Shown here: positions 43,999 to 46,708 of the stretch, piece by piece
Numbering within the stretch: position 1 is the stretch's first letter
Layout: every line of letters begins with the position of its first letter
NCBI GenBank assembly: GCA_963814585.1
Contig: CAWFDF010000007.1
Span: forward strand, 1 to 46,708
Direction of reading: 5' to 3'
Origin: an uncultured delta proteobacterium
GTDB taxonomy: Bacteria > Myxococcota > Myxococcia > Myxococcales > Anaeromyxobacteraceae
DNA: 46,708 nt
Position numbers and translations under genes: made by a program
The notes under the pieces: model-generated
Database searches by the model: none
The model's input: only the letters and a program-made list of their open reading frames with translations
What the model was told of the DNA's origin: nothing

Positions 43999-44865
43999 GT
44001 GGCTGACGAGACCTGGACGCCGCTGCGGCTGCTGGGCTGGACGCAGGCCTTCTTCGCCGGCAAGGGCGTGGACGCCCCCCGCCTCACCGCCGAGCTGCTG
44101 CTGGCCCACGCGCTGGGCTGCGACCGGGTCCGGCTCTACCTCGACTTCGACAAGCCGCTGGGCGACCCCGAGCTGGCGCGCTACCGCGAGCTGGTGAGGC
44201 GGCGGGCCGGCGGCGAGCCGACCGCCTACCTCACCGGCGAGCGCGAGTTCTTCGGACACCGGCTTGGGGTCGATCCCCGCGTGCTCATCCCGCGCCCGGA
44301 GACCGAGCAGCTGGCCGAGCTGGCGCTCCCGGCGCTGCCCGAGGGGGGCGCGGCGCTCGACCTCGGCACCGGCTCGGGCGCGCTGGCCATCGCCCTGGCG
44401 CTGGGGAGGCCGGGCGCGGCGGTGACCGCCGTCGACGTCTCCCCGGCCGCGCTGGAGGTGGCCCGCGCCAACGCCGCCGCCCTCGGCGCCGCGGTGACCT
44501 TCCTGGCCGGCGACCTCTACGCTCCGCTGGCGGCGCCCGACCGCTTCGACGTGATCGTCTCCAACCCGCCCTACGTCCCGGGCGGCGAGCTGGCCGGCCT
44601 GCAGCGGGAGGTGCAGCGCGAGCCGCGGCTGGCGCTCGACGGCGGCCCGGACGGGCTCGACCTGCTGCGCCGGGTGGTGGCCGGGGCGCCGGGGCGGCTC
44701 AGGCCCGGCGGCCTGCTGGTGGTGGAGATGCACGAGTCGCACCTCGAGGCGCTGCCGGCCCTCTGCCGGGCCGCCGGCTTCGCCAGCGCCGAGGCCCGGC
44801 GCGACCTGGCCGGCCTGCCCCGCCTCACCATGGCCCGGATGGCGGGAGCGGCCCCGGGCGCGTAA
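43999..44865 (+). CDS. prmC: Release factor glutamine N5-methyltransferase
   Basis: [32 protein letters not shown] and EPRLALDGG motifs; follows prfA. Confidence 0.95.
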   Translation: MADETWTPLRLLGWTQAFFAGKGVDAPRLTAELLLAHALGCDRVRLYLDFDKPLGDPELARYRELVRRRAGGEPTAYLTGEREFFGHRLGVDPRVLIPRPETEQLAELALPALPEGGAALDLGTGSGALAIALALGRPGAAVTAVDVSPAALEVARANAAALGAAVTFLAGDLYAPLAAPDRFDVIVSNPPYVPGGELAGLQREVQREPRLALDGGPDGLDLLRRVVAGAPGRLRPGGLLVVEMHESHLEALPALCRAAGFASAEARRDLAGLPRLTMARMAGAAPGA

Positions 44866-44909
44866 TATCCGCCCGCGCCGGGCCCGCCCCGGCGCCACCG
44901 AACGACACC

Positions 44910-46171
<1,262 letters not shown>

Positions 46172-46227
46172 CCCCCCCGGCGCGGGGCGCCTGGCGCGGC
46201 GCCGGGCGGGAGTCATCCAGGTGAACC

Positions 46228-46708
46228 ATGACGTCTGAGCTGATCACGGTGGCGGTGCCCAAGGGGCGGCTCCTCGAGGAGTCGTCGCTCCTCTTCGAGC
46301 GGGCGGTGGGCGTCTCCCCCCGGGCGCTGCTCACCGGGACCCGCAGGCTGCACGCCGACGCGCCCGCGGCCGGGCTGCGCTTCATCTCCATCCGCGCCGC
46401 CGACGTGGCCAGCTACGTGGAGCACGGCGCCGCCGCGGTGGGCGTGGCCGGCCTCGACGTGCTGCGCGAGGAGCCGCGCGACCTCTACGAGCCGCTCGAC
46501 CTCGGCATCGGCCGCTGCGCGGTGATCGTGGCCTGGCCCAAGGGCATGAAGCCGCTGCCCAAGGGGGTGGCCCCGCGCATCGCCACCAAGTACACCAACC
46601 TGGCCAGCCGCCACTTCGCCTCGAAGGGGATCCCCGCCGAGATCATCCACCTGCACGGCTCCATCGAGGTGGCGCCGTCGCTGGGGCTGGCCGACGGCAT
46701 CGTCGACA
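46228..46708 (+). CDS. hisG: ATP phosphoribosyltransferase, runs off the right edge (absent from the ORF track)
   Basis: ATG at 46228: [70 protein letters not shown]. Confidence 0.93.
   Translation, partial: MTSELITVAVPKGRLLEESSLLFERAVGVSPRALLTGTRRLHADAPAAGLRFISIRAADVASYVEHGAAAVGVAGLDVLREEPRDLYEPLDLGIGRCAVIVAWPKGMKPLPKGVAPRIATKYTNLASRHFASKGIPAEIIHLHGSIEVAPSLGLADGIVD

Noticed and set aside
46172..46227. Terminator or His attenuator between murA and hisG
   Set aside because: A GC hairpin (CCCGGCGC...GCGCCGGG) is present, but there is no U-tract and no His-codon leader peptide.

Overview
A very GC-rich window, most likely from an Anaeromyxobacter-like member of Myxococcota (inferred from gene content and protein styles, not searched). 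Many single-base frameshifts occur, including in housekeeping genes such as murA and ispB, which points to uncorrected long-read errors rather than real pseudogenes. Order of contents: (1) 1-11.6 kb, part of an exopolysaccharide locus with a SAM methyltransferase, three glycosyltransferases, a NodB deacetylase, an outer-membrane beta-barrel, a CapK-like ligase, a GNAT, a Tat-exported DUF362 protein and a short OPX lipoprotein; (2) 11.7-13.3 kb, a small secreted peptide ending GGVKGW, translationally coupled to a ferritin-like di-iron protein and followed by a thioesterase, which is the best candidate for an undescribed system; (3) a GalT-like gene, a very large Ser/Thr kinase with two TolB-like/TPR modules, and hypothetical genes; (4) nrfHA, with the CXXCH heme-1 variant of NrfA; (5) an outer-membrane protein, ispB and an M16 peptidase; (6) a czcCBA-type heavy-metal efflux operon preceded by a His/Cys-rich ORF ending in an RPP motif; (7) a futalosine-pathway menaquinone operon (mqnL, menG, mqnM, mqnE, an mqnA-mqnC fusion, an mqnF-like gene, mqnP); (8) prfA, prmC, murA and a partial hisG. 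No rRNA, tRNA, CRISPR array or mobile element was recognised.
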